Below, piece by piece: positions 1 to 8,860 of a stretch of DNA of 64,000 bases (positions are counted from its first letter, which is position 1; the number at the start of each line of letters is the position of its first letter). Location of the stretch: assembly GCA_051879395.1 (NCBI GenBank), contig JBJELY010000161.1:7882-71881 (forward strand). Direction: 5' to 3'. A program made the translations under genes and the position numbers. The notes beneath the pieces are model-generated. The model was given only the letters and a program-made list of their open reading frames with translations. It was not told the DNA's origin and searched no databases. Source of the stretch: Roseburia sp. (GTDB lineage: Bacteria; Bacillota; Clostridia; Lachnospirales; Lachnospiraceae).

Positions 1-25
1 ATACTCATTAACATTGTATTGAATA

Positions 26-568
26 CTATTCCGCTAGGTATTTGCCTATAACATCATCACTCCAAATATGTGCTTCTATATACCTTTCCGGCCCATATCT
101 TCCATCATTATTCCAATCTTGAGGGAATCCATACTTTTCTATAACTTCTAGAATTTCATCATAAGTATAGAGTTTCTTACGATATTCTTTTCCGTCATTT
201 ACTCTGTCACTAAAGGTTGGATGTGAATCTCCATACGTAAATGATATTGTTCTTACGTCAAACTCTTCAATAGGTATTTTTATATATGAACTGTTTTCAT
301 ACCAGGTACTTAACCATGGGCTATGTTCTACCACCATATAATGTGGTACTTGTCTGGAGATTAATCCCCCTTTCTTTTGAAACTCATTTCTCAATATATT
401 TTCATAATAAGCTCTTGCTTGCATATAATCATCACTTCTCTTTGCACATTGCACTTTTGGTTTTGTAATTGCTATTTCATGAAGTACCTTATTTGCGTCT
501 TCTATGGCTAGGTCTGATAAATTTTTAAAAGGACCAATCGTCTTATCATAATAATGATATAAAAACAT
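26..568 (-). CDS. hypothetical protein (soluble, 180 aa)
   Basis: Clean ORF with GAGGTG RBS upstream; Tyr/aromatic-rich; no recognisable catalytic motif. Confidence 0.75.
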   Translation of the reverse strand: MFLYHYYDKTIGPFKNLSDLAIEDANKVLHEIAITKPKVQCAKRSDDYMQARAYYENILRNEFQKKGGLISRQVPHYMVVEHSPWLSTWYENSSYIKIPIEEFDVRTISFTYGDSHPTFSDRVNDGKEYRKKLYTYDEILEVIEKYGFPQDWNNDGRYGPERYIEAHIWSDDVIGKYLAE

Positions 569-794
569 TTCATATCACCTCGCAAAATTCTTATTTTTTA
601 AGTCCATTATATCGCATCGCTTGATAGACCCGTGTCTTTTTCTCCTTATATCGATGTGTGCAAGCTCACATCACCGTAAGGCTCATTATATCATATTCTC
701 TCTTTAAATCGATTCATTTTAGTTAAAAACTTCGGCACAACTATAATAACACCAAATAATTTTTTCTCCAAAACCTTTGCACCAGAAACACTTT

Positions 795-1058
795 TGGGCG
801 TAGGCGAAAAAATACATTCTTTTCATTCTAAAAGTAGTCCCGAATCTTTGTAAAAGCACAAATTATGTAAACGAAATGGGCGTAGATAAAAAAAGTATAT
901 TTCTACATTCCAAAAATCATGAAATATTAGAATGTGAGAAACATTTTTTCCTATCTACGCCCAATCAGTTTACATAACGTGAGAAATATATAAATTTTGC
1001 TAAGCTGTTAGAATGTAGCAATTGGCTTTTTTTGCCTACGCCCAATTAGCTTACATCA
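795..1058. repeat. four ~50-bp degenerate units (two forward, two reverse) forming a nested inverted repeat
   Basis: Core TGGGCGTAG at 795 and 877 (+), CTACGCCCA at 955 and 1036; same-orientation units are 81-82 bp apart; shared CATTC(T/C)AA end, and TGTAA(A/G)C start in units 2-4. Confidence 0.85.
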
Positions 1059-1073
1059 TACGGATTATTTGCT

Positions 1074-1466
1074 CTATTCTCCGAGATTTAGCACTTCTAT
1101 CGCTGCTTTGACTGCATTTCTTACGCAATCATCACACGGGCACAACACTTCGCCTGTGCTAATTCCTTTTAAATCTTTACAAATAGTTGCTCCTGAGGTT
1201 GTTTTGAACTTCTGGAGGATTTCACGGGATTTGGCCGGAGTTCCTCTTCCATCTAAAACAAGACCCGCAACCAGATTCGCTCCGACCAATGCACCACAAG
1301 TCGCTTCCATACAACCCATACCAGCGCCAAAGCCGGATGCTAATTTTGTCATGCTTTCCTCATCAGTATCCACATATTCTGCCAATGCCTTTACAACTGC
1401 CTGCGCACAGTTGAATCCACTATGTTTGTATTCTACTGCCTTCTCGATAAGTTCTTCTTTTTTCAT
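1074..1466 (-). CDS. C-GCAxxG-C-C family putative redox-active protein
   Basis: NCAQAV, GFGAGMG, TCGALVG, TICK and CDDCV motifs. Confidence 0.88.
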   Translation of the reverse strand: MKKEELIEKAVEYKHSGFNCAQAVVKALAEYVDTDEESMTKLASGFGAGMGCMEATCGALVGANLVAGLVLDGRGTPAKSREILQKFKTTSGATICKDLKGISTGEVLCPCDDCVRNAVKAAIEVLNLGE

Positions 1467-2053
1467 TTTCTATCTCCATTTCCATTTTTTATCTTACAGA
1501 TTCCCTGTGTCATTGTCCCCATCGGACAAAATGTGCACCAGGTTCTCGGTTTATATAATACCATAACTATCAGACCAATGATAGTAGAGGTCAACATCAG
1601 ACTGTAAAATCCGAAACTGAATTGGGCGATCCAATCATACGTGGTTCCTGCTGTATATGCCCACCCCCACGGAACACGGAAGGTCCATAATAATTTGATG
1701 GCTTCTCTTAAATTCGCTGCCCCAGATGCTACCAACCATGTCTGATAGATTATATTTCCAAACATGGTAAGGAAAAACACCAGGAAACCATAGCGAAACC
1801 ATTTGGAAGCAATCCATTTTGGAGCCAGCTTATTTCTGGAACATTTTCCCTTTGTCCCAAGTGTTCGAAACAATTGTCCTCTTCCGCAATAGCGGTTACA
1901 AAACTGCTTATTTCCACCTGCAATTGCAAAAATTAGTGGAACGATAAAATCGATCATACCAAGCCATGCAAATAAAATATTAAAAAATCCTAAGGCAAAA
2001 TATACAGTTGACCAAATCCACAGATAATCATACCATTTTTTCTTTTTTTGCAT
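1463..2053 (-). CDS. membrane 4Fe-4S binding protein (polyferredoxin-like)
   Basis: Start refined to MQKKKKWYDY (GGAGG RBS); TM helices; FCNRYCGRG and WCTFCPMG motifs. Confidence 0.82.
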   Translation of the reverse strand: MQKKKKWYDYLWIWSTVYFALGFFNILFAWLGMIDFIVPLIFAIAGGNKQFCNRYCGRGQLFRTLGTKGKCSRNKLAPKWIASKWFRYGFLVFFLTMFGNIIYQTWLVASGAANLREAIKLLWTFRVPWGWAYTAGTTYDWIAQFSFGFYSLMLTSTIIGLIVMVLYKPRTWCTFCPMGTMTQGICKIKNGNGDRK

Positions 2054-2277
2054 TATCTTTCTTCCTCCTTTGTTATCATGGAAATACATCCTGCCGGACA
2101 GCTCCTGCTGCATAACCCACAACCTACACACTCTTGTGGATTTACCTCTGCGAAACATCCATTTTTTATAAAAATTGCTCCTTTCGGGCATACATAGGCA
2201 CATTCTCCACATGCTACGCATCGACTTTTATTTACCTGTGGTATTTTCTTTTCTCTTTTTCCTGGCAAAGCTGTCAT
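2053..2277 (-). CDS. 2[4Fe-4S] ferredoxin
   Basis: CVACGECAYVCP and CVGCGLCSRSCP. Confidence 0.9.
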   Translation of the reverse strand: MTALPGKREKKIPQVNKSRCVACGECAYVCPKGAIFIKNGCFAEVNPQECVGCGLCSRSCPAGCISMITKEEER

Positions 2278-2396
2278 ACTCTCATCTCCTTTTTACTACA
2301 TTTTACGTTGTTATATGTTTCTGTACTACAATACCCGTCTTACCATGTCGGGCAATTGACATCCCGATTACTATAGCAAATAGAAGAAGATCCGTA

Positions 2397-2411
2397 TGTG
2401 ACTAACTCACA
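2397..2411. promoter_or_regulatory. putative Crp/Fnr-family operator TGTGA-N5-TCACA
   Basis: TGTGACTAACTCACA upstream of the ferredoxin operon, next to a Crp/Fnr gene. Confidence 0.55.
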
Positions 2412-2431
2412 AAGTATTACCGGATGGCTTT

Positions 2432-2461
2432 TTTCTAATAGTACCTTTTGACACTTGAATC
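2432..2461 (-). repeat. solitary copy of the terminal repeat of the 21162 element
   Basis: Reverse complement GATTCAAGTGTCAAAAGGTACTATTAGAAA matches 21162-21191 at 26/30 positions. Confidence 0.7.
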
Positions 2462-2470
2462 CCATAATAT

Positions 2471-2501
2471 AAAAAACAGCACCCGATTTTCGGGTGCTGT
2501 C
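2471..2501 (-). terminator. intrinsic terminator of the Crp/Fnr gene
   Basis: ACAGCACCCGA/TCGGGTGCTGT stem with a U-tract on the minus strand. Confidence 0.75.
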
Positions 2502-2514
2502 GACCTCTCTATCA

Positions 2515-3180
2515 TCAGAGATATTTTTTCAATTTTTCTTTATCAATTACCTGCAATTTCCCTCTTCCAAGCGAAACCACACCTTCGGAAGCAAAATATT
2601 TAAGTACTTTTGTAATCACCTCTCTTGCACTTCCGATATACCGCGCAATCTCATCATGCGTCATCGAAATCTCAAGGCTGCCTGTCCGGCTGATTTCATC
2701 CCATAAAAAAATGGCAACTCGTTTATCCGTACTTAAAAATAACATCTGCTGCATTGTCCAGATAACATCGGAAAAACGTTCCGTCGCTGTCCGATATAAA
2801 TAGGCTTCTATCTGTGGATATTTTTCCATCATAGGTTCCAGAACAGTGACTGGAATCATAATAATTTCTGTATCTTCCACTGCATCTATCATCACATCAA
2901 AAACGATGGCATCCATCAATCCAACAGCTGACAGAACACATACATCATTGGCGTACACCCGGAAAAGAGTTACCTCCCGTCCTTCCTCCGACATGATATA
3001 AGTGCGAAGCTGGCCGGAAAGCACCAGCATGATGCCGGAACATCCCTGCTCACATTGACGCATCATCATTCCTTTTTGATAAGAAACAGGAATACTTTCC
3101 CGCTTAATCTGTTCCTGTTCGCTTTGTTCCAAAATACTCCAAAACGGAAGAAATTGCTCCATCTGCTTCATATTTCTCAA
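2515..3180 (-). CDS. Crp/Fnr family transcriptional regulator
   Basis: cNMP-like domain (SEEGREVTLF) plus HTH THDEIARYIGSAREVITKVL. Confidence 0.92.
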   Translation of the reverse strand: MRNMKQMEQFLPFWSILEQSEQEQIKRESIPVSYQKGMMMRQCEQGCSGIMLVLSGQLRTYIMSEEGREVTLFRVYANDVCVLSAVGLMDAIVFDVMIDAVEDTEIIMIPVTVLEPMMEKYPQIEAYLYRTATERFSDVIWTMQQMLFLSTDKRVAIFLWDEISRTGSLEISMTHDEIARYIGSAREVITKVLKYFASEGVVSLGRGKLQVIDKEKLKKYL

Positions 3181-3224
3181 CCTCGCTTCTTTTCCTGGCT
3201 GCGTTCATGCCATTTCAAAAACAA

Positions 3225-3824
3225 CTATACTTCTTTCTGCTGTGAAAATACTGTTTCTTCCGGCTGTGAAAATGCTGTTTTTTCCGGCTGTGAAAGTGCC
3301 GCATTCTCCTGCTGCTCCCGGAATACGGAAATATGTTTCATCAACGTTGGAATAATTGCCACATAAATAATAGAAGTTACGATTCCAGCAAGATAACGCC
3401 ATACAATTGCACCAAATACATAGGCAAAAGAATAATATCCATAAATCTTACTGTCTATATACATAACAGCAGTATTTAAAGTTGTAACTACAAGCGCACT
3501 TGTAATCGTAATAAACGTCATCTGACCTACTGTCATTTTATAATTTTTGTGTTTTGCATACGCTCCAACCATAAGCCCTTTCACACCTGCCGGTAAAATC
3601 CAAAGAACAGTTGTTAGGCTAATTCCATACTTTAACATCTGGTTTAAAAAGCTTCCAATCAGGCCAATCTCAAGACCGGCAACCGGACCAAAAAGCATAG
3701 CCCCAATCACAATCGGAAGACCCGAAACCGTAATTACCATATTTCCAAGATTAATAGAAACATAGCACAACACAACATGCATTGCAATAAACAATGCGTT
3801 CAACACTAATTTTTTTGTTTTCAT
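3225..3824 (-). CDS. folT: folate ECF transporter S component
   Basis: Hydrophobic S-component pattern (LFIAMHVVL, GAMLFGPVAG); THF riboswitch upstream; start refined to MKTKK. Confidence 0.8.
   Translation of the reverse strand: MKTKKLVLNALFIAMHVVLCYVSINLGNMVITVSGLPIVIGAMLFGPVAGLEIGLIGSFLNQMLKYGISLTTVLWILPAGVKGLMVGAYAKHKNYKMTVGQMTFITITSALVVTTLNTAVMYIDSKIYGYYSFAYVFGAIVWRYLAGIVTSIIYVAIIPTLMKHISVFREQQENAALSQPEKTAFSQPEETVFSQQKEV
3239..3310. repeat. 3 x 24-bp tandem repeat encoding the FolT C-terminal tail
   Basis: GCTGTGAAAAT(A/G)CTGTTT.TTCCG units, third copy more degenerate; ENAALSQP-EKTAFSQP-EETVFSQQ. Confidence 0.8.
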
Positions 3825-3886
3825 AGAAAAACTCCTTTCATCTGGCACTTTGCCACATAAAAGGAGATTTTCGTCTTATCTTAAAT

Positions 3887-3994
3887 GTGGCAGCGGGATG
3901 CAGCTAATGCACAGCGCATTACAATTTCTAATGCTTCGTCCGGTGAACAACTCCCCGTCTCACCGGCACATGACTCACAATAGCTTACTCTGCC
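3887..3994 (-). ncRNA. THF riboswitch
   Basis: Minus strand GGCAGAGTA...GTGCCGGTGAGACGGGGAGTTGTTCACCGGACGAA...GCATCCCGCTGCC upstream of a folate S component. Confidence 0.85.
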
Positions 3995-4098
3995 ATTTTG
4001 TTCTATTTTTTTGTAACAAGGCTATACTAGCACAGTTATGTTTTTGTTGCAACCCCAAAATCCATCTCTGCGATTCCCTTCATAATCTCCCTCGATTA

Positions 4099-5535
4099 TC
4101 AAGGATTTAGCAGATAGCACAGACCACTTTGTTCTGTCTGCATATCCAGGAAAACAGCCGTTTTTCCAGTATCCGGATTTTCAATTCCAACCGCAAATCC
4201 CGGAAGACCGCTCTCATTTTCTTCCTTCCACTCTGTTAAATCTACCTTTACCGCTGCTTCTGCCGACTCTCCCTGCGCAAGTTCCGAAAGTAAAATCTCT
4301 GTTTCAAAACGCTGCTCTGCCTCTCCCTTTTCATCTAATTGATATAGGCACACCTTCCAGTCAAAATACATTGGTGCTACACCTCTACTTTCCAATGTAA
4401 ATGTAACTGTCGCCTCCTTCGAAAGACTATTGTATCGAATTTCCGCTTCTGATACTCCATAGCGGTAACCAATTTTTTCAAGCACTCTCTTTGTCTCTTC
4501 CGAATAGGTAAGCTCTTCCTGACAGGCAATCGGACACATTGGCCCAATAAACGTCATATGGGATTCCTCCAACAGAGAAAGCGTGCGGTCGAGTTCTGTC
4601 ACAAGCATTTCTTCCATTGGAATACTGCTGGTAAATTCTCCTCCTACCGGAGCAGCCTCCCAGATATTGGGGCATGCCGGTAACTTCATCGCACACTCCG
4701 GTTCCTCATAAGTTCCGCCATCCCTTATCCATGACAGCCATTCTTCCGTATCCTCCTTATGGCCTGTCATATCATTATAGACACCCATTCCGTATTCACT
4801 GACCGCCGAAAAAGGTCTTCTCATCAAAAATTTTGCATTCGGAAATGCATCCAGATATGGCGTTACATACTGCATACATACTTCTTCGGACGGAATTCGT
4901 TTGATTCCATCATCATATTTGACATGCCATTCGCCCCAATGTCCGACGCTTCCAAGTTCAATATAAGAGAAAAAAGAATCCTGTCCGTATTCTTTTCCTA
5001 ACGCTTCAATTGCCTTTTTATGGTAATCGATAAAGGTCTCATTGTTATAATCCGGTGAATATCCCTTTCCATACGAAGTGTCATAAAAGGTTCCATCTCC
5101 GGTCAGCTCGTAAAGCCAGTCTGGAATATCCATATGTTCTTCCTCGGACGGTTCATCACACACAAAACGGAATACCACGTTTTTTCCCTCTTCGCGCCAG
5201 CGTTCCAGATTATTTTCTTCTGAAATAGCCGAAAAATCATACTGCCCCTGTTCCGGCTCCAACTCCCTCCATTTTACTTCAACATAAACTAAGGTATTGT
5301 CTCCTACCGCTTCGATATAATCGGCGTTCGGTGCATAACCCATCAACGGATTTTTGAACACCTCTTCTGATTTTTCATAGGTAAACTTATATTTTTTAAT
5401 CAGCGCATTCCGATAAAACAGAATTCCTACTACTATCAATATGAGAAAAATCAAACATCCTGCCATCATTTTTCCTGCTTTACTTTTTTTCTGATTCCGG
5501 TTAGTCATATCCTCTCTATTACAGTCTACACCCAT
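4099..5535 (-). CDS. membrane-anchored DUF4832 / glycoside-hydrolase-like protein
   Basis: N-terminal TM; NPLMGY, WRELEPEQGQYDF, GSVGHWGEWH, PVGGEF motifs. Confidence 0.7.
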   Translation of the reverse strand: MGVDCNREDMTNRNQKKSKAGKMMAGCLIFLILIVVGILFYRNALIKKYKFTYEKSEEVFKNPLMGYAPNADYIEAVGDNTLVYVEVKWRELEPEQGQYDFSAISEENNLERWREEGKNVVFRFVCDEPSEEEHMDIPDWLYELTGDGTFYDTSYGKGYSPDYNNETFIDYHKKAIEALGKEYGQDSFFSYIELGSVGHWGEWHVKYDDGIKRIPSEEVCMQYVTPYLDAFPNAKFLMRRPFSAVSEYGMGVYNDMTGHKEDTEEWLSWIRDGGTYEEPECAMKLPACPNIWEAAPVGGEFTSSIPMEEMLVTELDRTLSLLEESHMTFIGPMCPIACQEELTYSEETKRVLEKIGYRYGVSEAEIRYNSLSKEATVTFTLESRGVAPMYFDWKVCLYQLDEKGEAEQRFETEILLSELAQGESAEAAVKVDLTEWKEENESGLPGFAVGIENPDTGKTAVFLDMQTEQSGLCYLLNP

Positions 5536-5541
5536 ACCTCC

Positions 5542-6354
5542 CTAAAACTCCATTACCAGTCCTGTTTTTAATAAGTGAACTTTATCCCCAAGTTCTTCTT
5601 TTAAGACCTGATATGCTGCCTTTCCGGTGCAATGTCCGGTATAAATTTTTTCAATTCCGGTTGCCCGGATTCTCTCTGCTAACGCTCGTACCTCAGCTTC
5701 CGGTCTGTCAAACAGGTGAAATCCACCGATTAATGCCGTAATTTTCCGTCCCGGATAAGTTGCTTTTACCTCTTCAATAATATGGTCCGCTCCACCATGG
5801 GAACAGCTGTTAAAAATGACAAGTCCCTGTTCTGTCTCAACAACAAGACTCTGCTCATGCGAAAAATCATCCGGAACTTTTCTTGCCCCTTTCTTTACAT
5901 ACATACCGCTTTTTTTCCCGATTTTTTGCAAGTCCGGCGTCTTATGAGGAACTAAACTTACTCCCTCACATAAACCGTAATCATCTTTTACATATGTAAT
6001 TCTATTTTCAAAGGCATTCAGAATTCCCTTGGGTAATCCAATATATTTATAGAAAAAAAGCAGTTTCTTATAGCAATTTTCTCCGCTTCCCTCTCGCAGG
6101 TAAAAATTTGCCTTGGAATTTTCATGGAAAAATACTTCCATCCCATCTGCATGATCATAATGAGCATGAGAAAGCACTGCATACTCTACCTCTTCTATTG
6201 AAACCCCTAACTTCTTTGCATTTTCCAGGAAAAGAGAGGAAGCTCCTGTATCCAATAAAATCCGATTTTTTCCTGTGTCAATGTGAACACAAAGTCCCCA
6301 TTCTCCCTGTAATCCCTCTTGCGCAAGATTATCTACCAATACTGTTGCTTTCAT
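5542..6354 (-). CDS. MBL-fold metallo-hydrolase
   Basis: ILLDTG, SHAHYDHADG, CSHGG, GGFHL, HCTG; start refined to MKATVLVDN. Confidence 0.9.
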   Translation of the reverse strand: MKATVLVDNLAQEGLQGEWGLCVHIDTGKNRILLDTGASSLFLENAKKLGVSIEEVEYAVLSHAHYDHADGMEVFFHENSKANFYLREGSGENCYKKLLFFYKYIGLPKGILNAFENRITYVKDDYGLCEGVSLVPHKTPDLQKIGKKSGMYVKKGARKVPDDFSHEQSLVVETEQGLVIFNSCSHGGADHIIEEVKATYPGRKITALIGGFHLFDRPEAEVRALAERIRATGIEKIYTGHCTGKAAYQVLKEELGDKVHLLKTGLVMEF

Positions 6355-6433
6355 CTTTTCCTCCAAATTTTTCAGATTCTGTCGTAATATGTCACGTGCG
6401 TGACACAAAGCTTCTAAGTAAATTCTTATATTT

Positions 6434-7792
6434 TTAATTATACTCTTTACGTCTCAATTCCGCTACAACCATAATTGCACTTACGACTGCTGCCATCAAA
6501 TCAGAAACCGGCCCTGCGTACATAATGCCGTCAATTCCCATCCATAATGGAAATAGAACAATCAGCGGAAGTAAGAAAATAATCTGTCGTGTCAGTGACA
6601 GCCAGATACCACGTTTTGGTTTTCCAATCGAAGTAAAGAAATTCGAGGAAATCGGCTGCATAAAGTTTAAGAATGTAAAAAAGAGAAAAATCTTAAAATA
6701 CTGAATTGCAAACTGATAATATTCCTTTGATCCATTTCCGAAAATAGAAATAATCTGTCGTGGTGCAAACTGGAACAAACAGAAAGCAATTGCTGCTATC
6801 ACAAATCCGCAGGTAATTGCCTGAAGATAAGCTCTTTTGACACGGTCGTACTTTCCCGCACCGTAATTAAAGCTGACAATTGGCTGCAGTCCCTGAGAAA
6901 TTCCAATAATGAAGGACATAAACAGCATATTTACTTTTGAAATAATTCCGGCGCAGGCAATTGGAATTGCTTCTCCATATATGGAAAGACCGCCATAATA
7001 TTTTAAGGATTTATTCATGACAATCTGCACAATCATCATCGACAACTGGTTACTGCAAGGCGCAGCACCCAAGGATGCAATTTTTGCGACCTGCTCACCG
7101 CGAATTATTAAGTGTTCTTTTTTTATTTTTACGGTCTGACAATGAGAAAGATACCAGATAACGAAGCAGCCGGAAATGAACTGTCCAATAATCGTTGCAT
7201 AAGCGGCACCTGCCATTCCCCACTGAAAACCAAATACAAAAATGGCATCCAAAATCGTATTAATGACTGCTCCTATCAAGTTACATAACATAGTAATCTT
7301 TGGTCTGCCATCTGCACGTATTAAATGTCCACCTCCGGTTGTCAAAATCAGAAATGGAAAACCAATTGCTACAATTCTAGTATACGTCTTCGCATAACCT
7401 AATACATCTTCCGGCGAACCAAAAAATCGCAGCATTGGTTCCAGAAAAATCTCTGTTATAACACACAGCACCAAGCCACATGTAAAAAGCATCACGGCTG
7501 CATTTCCCAAATAAAAAACTGCTTTTTCTTTCTCTCCTTTTCCCATAGAAATGTTAAAACAGGATGCACCTCCTATTCCAAACAGCAATGCGATTGCCAC
7601 ACAGGAAATTGACAACGGAAATGAAATATTGGTTGCCGCATTTCCCAGTTCCCCCACACTTCTTCCGATAAAAAACTGATCAATAATATTATAAAGGGAA
7701 CTTACCAGCATTGCGATAATACTTGGTATCGCAAACTGCTGCAATAACTTTCCTGTTCTTTCTTCTCCTAATGGATTACTTCTTTCGTTCAT
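6434..7792 (-). CDS. MATE family efflux transporter
   Basis: SLYNIIDQFFIG, NTILDAIF, QPIVSFNYGA; about 12 TM. Confidence 0.93.
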   Translation of the reverse strand: MNERSNPLGEERTGKLLQQFAIPSIIAMLVSSLYNIIDQFFIGRSVGELGNAATNISFPLSISCVAIALLFGIGGASCFNISMGKGEKEKAVFYLGNAAVMLFTCGLVLCVITEIFLEPMLRFFGSPEDVLGYAKTYTRIVAIGFPFLILTTGGGHLIRADGRPKITMLCNLIGAVINTILDAIFVFGFQWGMAGAAYATIIGQFISGCFVIWYLSHCQTVKIKKEHLIIRGEQVAKIASLGAAPCSNQLSMMIVQIVMNKSLKYYGGLSIYGEAIPIACAGIISKVNMLFMSFIIGISQGLQPIVSFNYGAGKYDRVKRAYLQAITCGFVIAAIAFCLFQFAPRQIISIFGNGSKEYYQFAIQYFKIFLFFTFLNFMQPISSNFFTSIGKPKRGIWLSLTRQIIFLLPLIVLFPLWMGIDGIMYAGPVSDLMAAVVSAIMVVAELRRKEYN

Positions 7793-7824
7793 TTCTTCAC
7801 CATGTTTCTTTCTAACTTTTTTCT

Positions 7825-8712
7825 TTACATTGTCTGCGCAGAATGAAAGACATCTGCCACTTCTACAATGGATATGTAAGCGGATTTATCATGTTCCCTT
7901 ACGATATCACGCATTTTTCCAATCTGAAAACGGTTGATTACGATATATACTACCACTTTTTCCGAATCCGAGTAATAGCCCTTTGCTTCCATCATCGTAA
8001 GTCCGCACTCAAATGCATCCGATAGTGCCGCACATACTTCTTCTGCTTTGTTTGTTACAATCATTGCCGCTTTCGAACGGTCAATACCTTCTACAACAAA
8101 GTCTACCGTTTTTAATGCCGCACAATAGGTCACAATGGAATACAGCGGTAAAATCCAGCTGTTCAGCACAATTCCACACAAGACATATAATATGATATTA
8201 TACCCCATTACAAAGGTTCCTACCGTGATTCCCAATTTTTTTGCAAAAATGACTGCGAGAACCTCAATTCCATCCATCGCTCCACCGGACCGGATTGCAA
8301 GACCACTTCCAAGTCCTGAGATTAATCCGCCAAAAAGTGCGCACAGCAATAAATCAGAGCCTGCCAGTGGCGATGCCACACTGACATCAATTGGAAGTAC
8401 ATCTGTAATTAGCCATGCCCCCACCGAATAAATCACAACTGCATAAATGGCATAAATCGTAAATGTGGTACCTTGTTTTTTATAGCCGTATAAAAAAAGT
8501 GGAATGTTTAAAATTAATAAGAAAAAGGATAATGTGAACTTATCCGGCGTCAACTGAGAGAGAAAAATAGAAGTTCCTGAAATACCACTGTCATATAAAT
8601 TTACCGGTGCGATAAATAATGTAACACCCAGCGCATTGATTATCCCCGCTAAAGTCAGTAGTAAAAAATTCTGCCACCTCAGTTTTTTCAATTCCGTCTT
8701 GATTTTGTTCAT
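7825..8712 (-). CDS. YitT (DUF161/DUF2179) family membrane protein
   Basis: DSGISG, LNIPLF, GGAMDG, C-terminal D..AYISI domain. Confidence 0.88.
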   Translation of the reverse strand: MNKIKTELKKLRWQNFLLLTLAGIINALGVTLFIAPVNLYDSGISGTSIFLSQLTPDKFTLSFFLLILNIPLFLYGYKKQGTTFTIYAIYAVVIYSVGAWLITDVLPIDVSVASPLAGSDLLLCALFGGLISGLGSGLAIRSGGAMDGIEVLAVIFAKKLGITVGTFVMGYNIILYVLCGIVLNSWILPLYSIVTYCAALKTVDFVVEGIDRSKAAMIVTNKAEEVCAALSDAFECGLTMMEAKGYYSDSEKVVVYIVINRFQIGKMRDIVREHDKSAYISIVEVADVFHSAQTM

Positions 8713-8860
8713 ATTACACCCTTCCCTTCGCTTTTTTCAGTCACTTCCTATTATATGCGTGAATTGTTTTTTTTGTAAAGTTTTTTCTTAGGAAAGGATT
8801 ATTCTGGTAGAATGTACCTTTAATTGCCGGATTACAAAAAAATGCGTAGTAGAAAATCTA

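Noticed and set aside
576-600. AAATAAGAATTT motif just upstream of the RBS of the first gene as a possible cassette boundary
   Set aside because: Single occurrence; the other boundary would be outside the window
795-1058. CRISPR array interpretation of the periodic repeats
   Set aside because: Units are ~50 bp, degenerate and in both orientations; no cas genes in the window
3850-4110. 86-aa plus-strand ORF
   Set aside because: Antisense to the THF riboswitch and its promoter
5542-6354. MBL hydrolase as a folate-pathway or beta-lactamase gene
   Set aside because: Separated from folT by another gene and by folT's own riboswitch leader; no signal peptide; the fold alone does not give function
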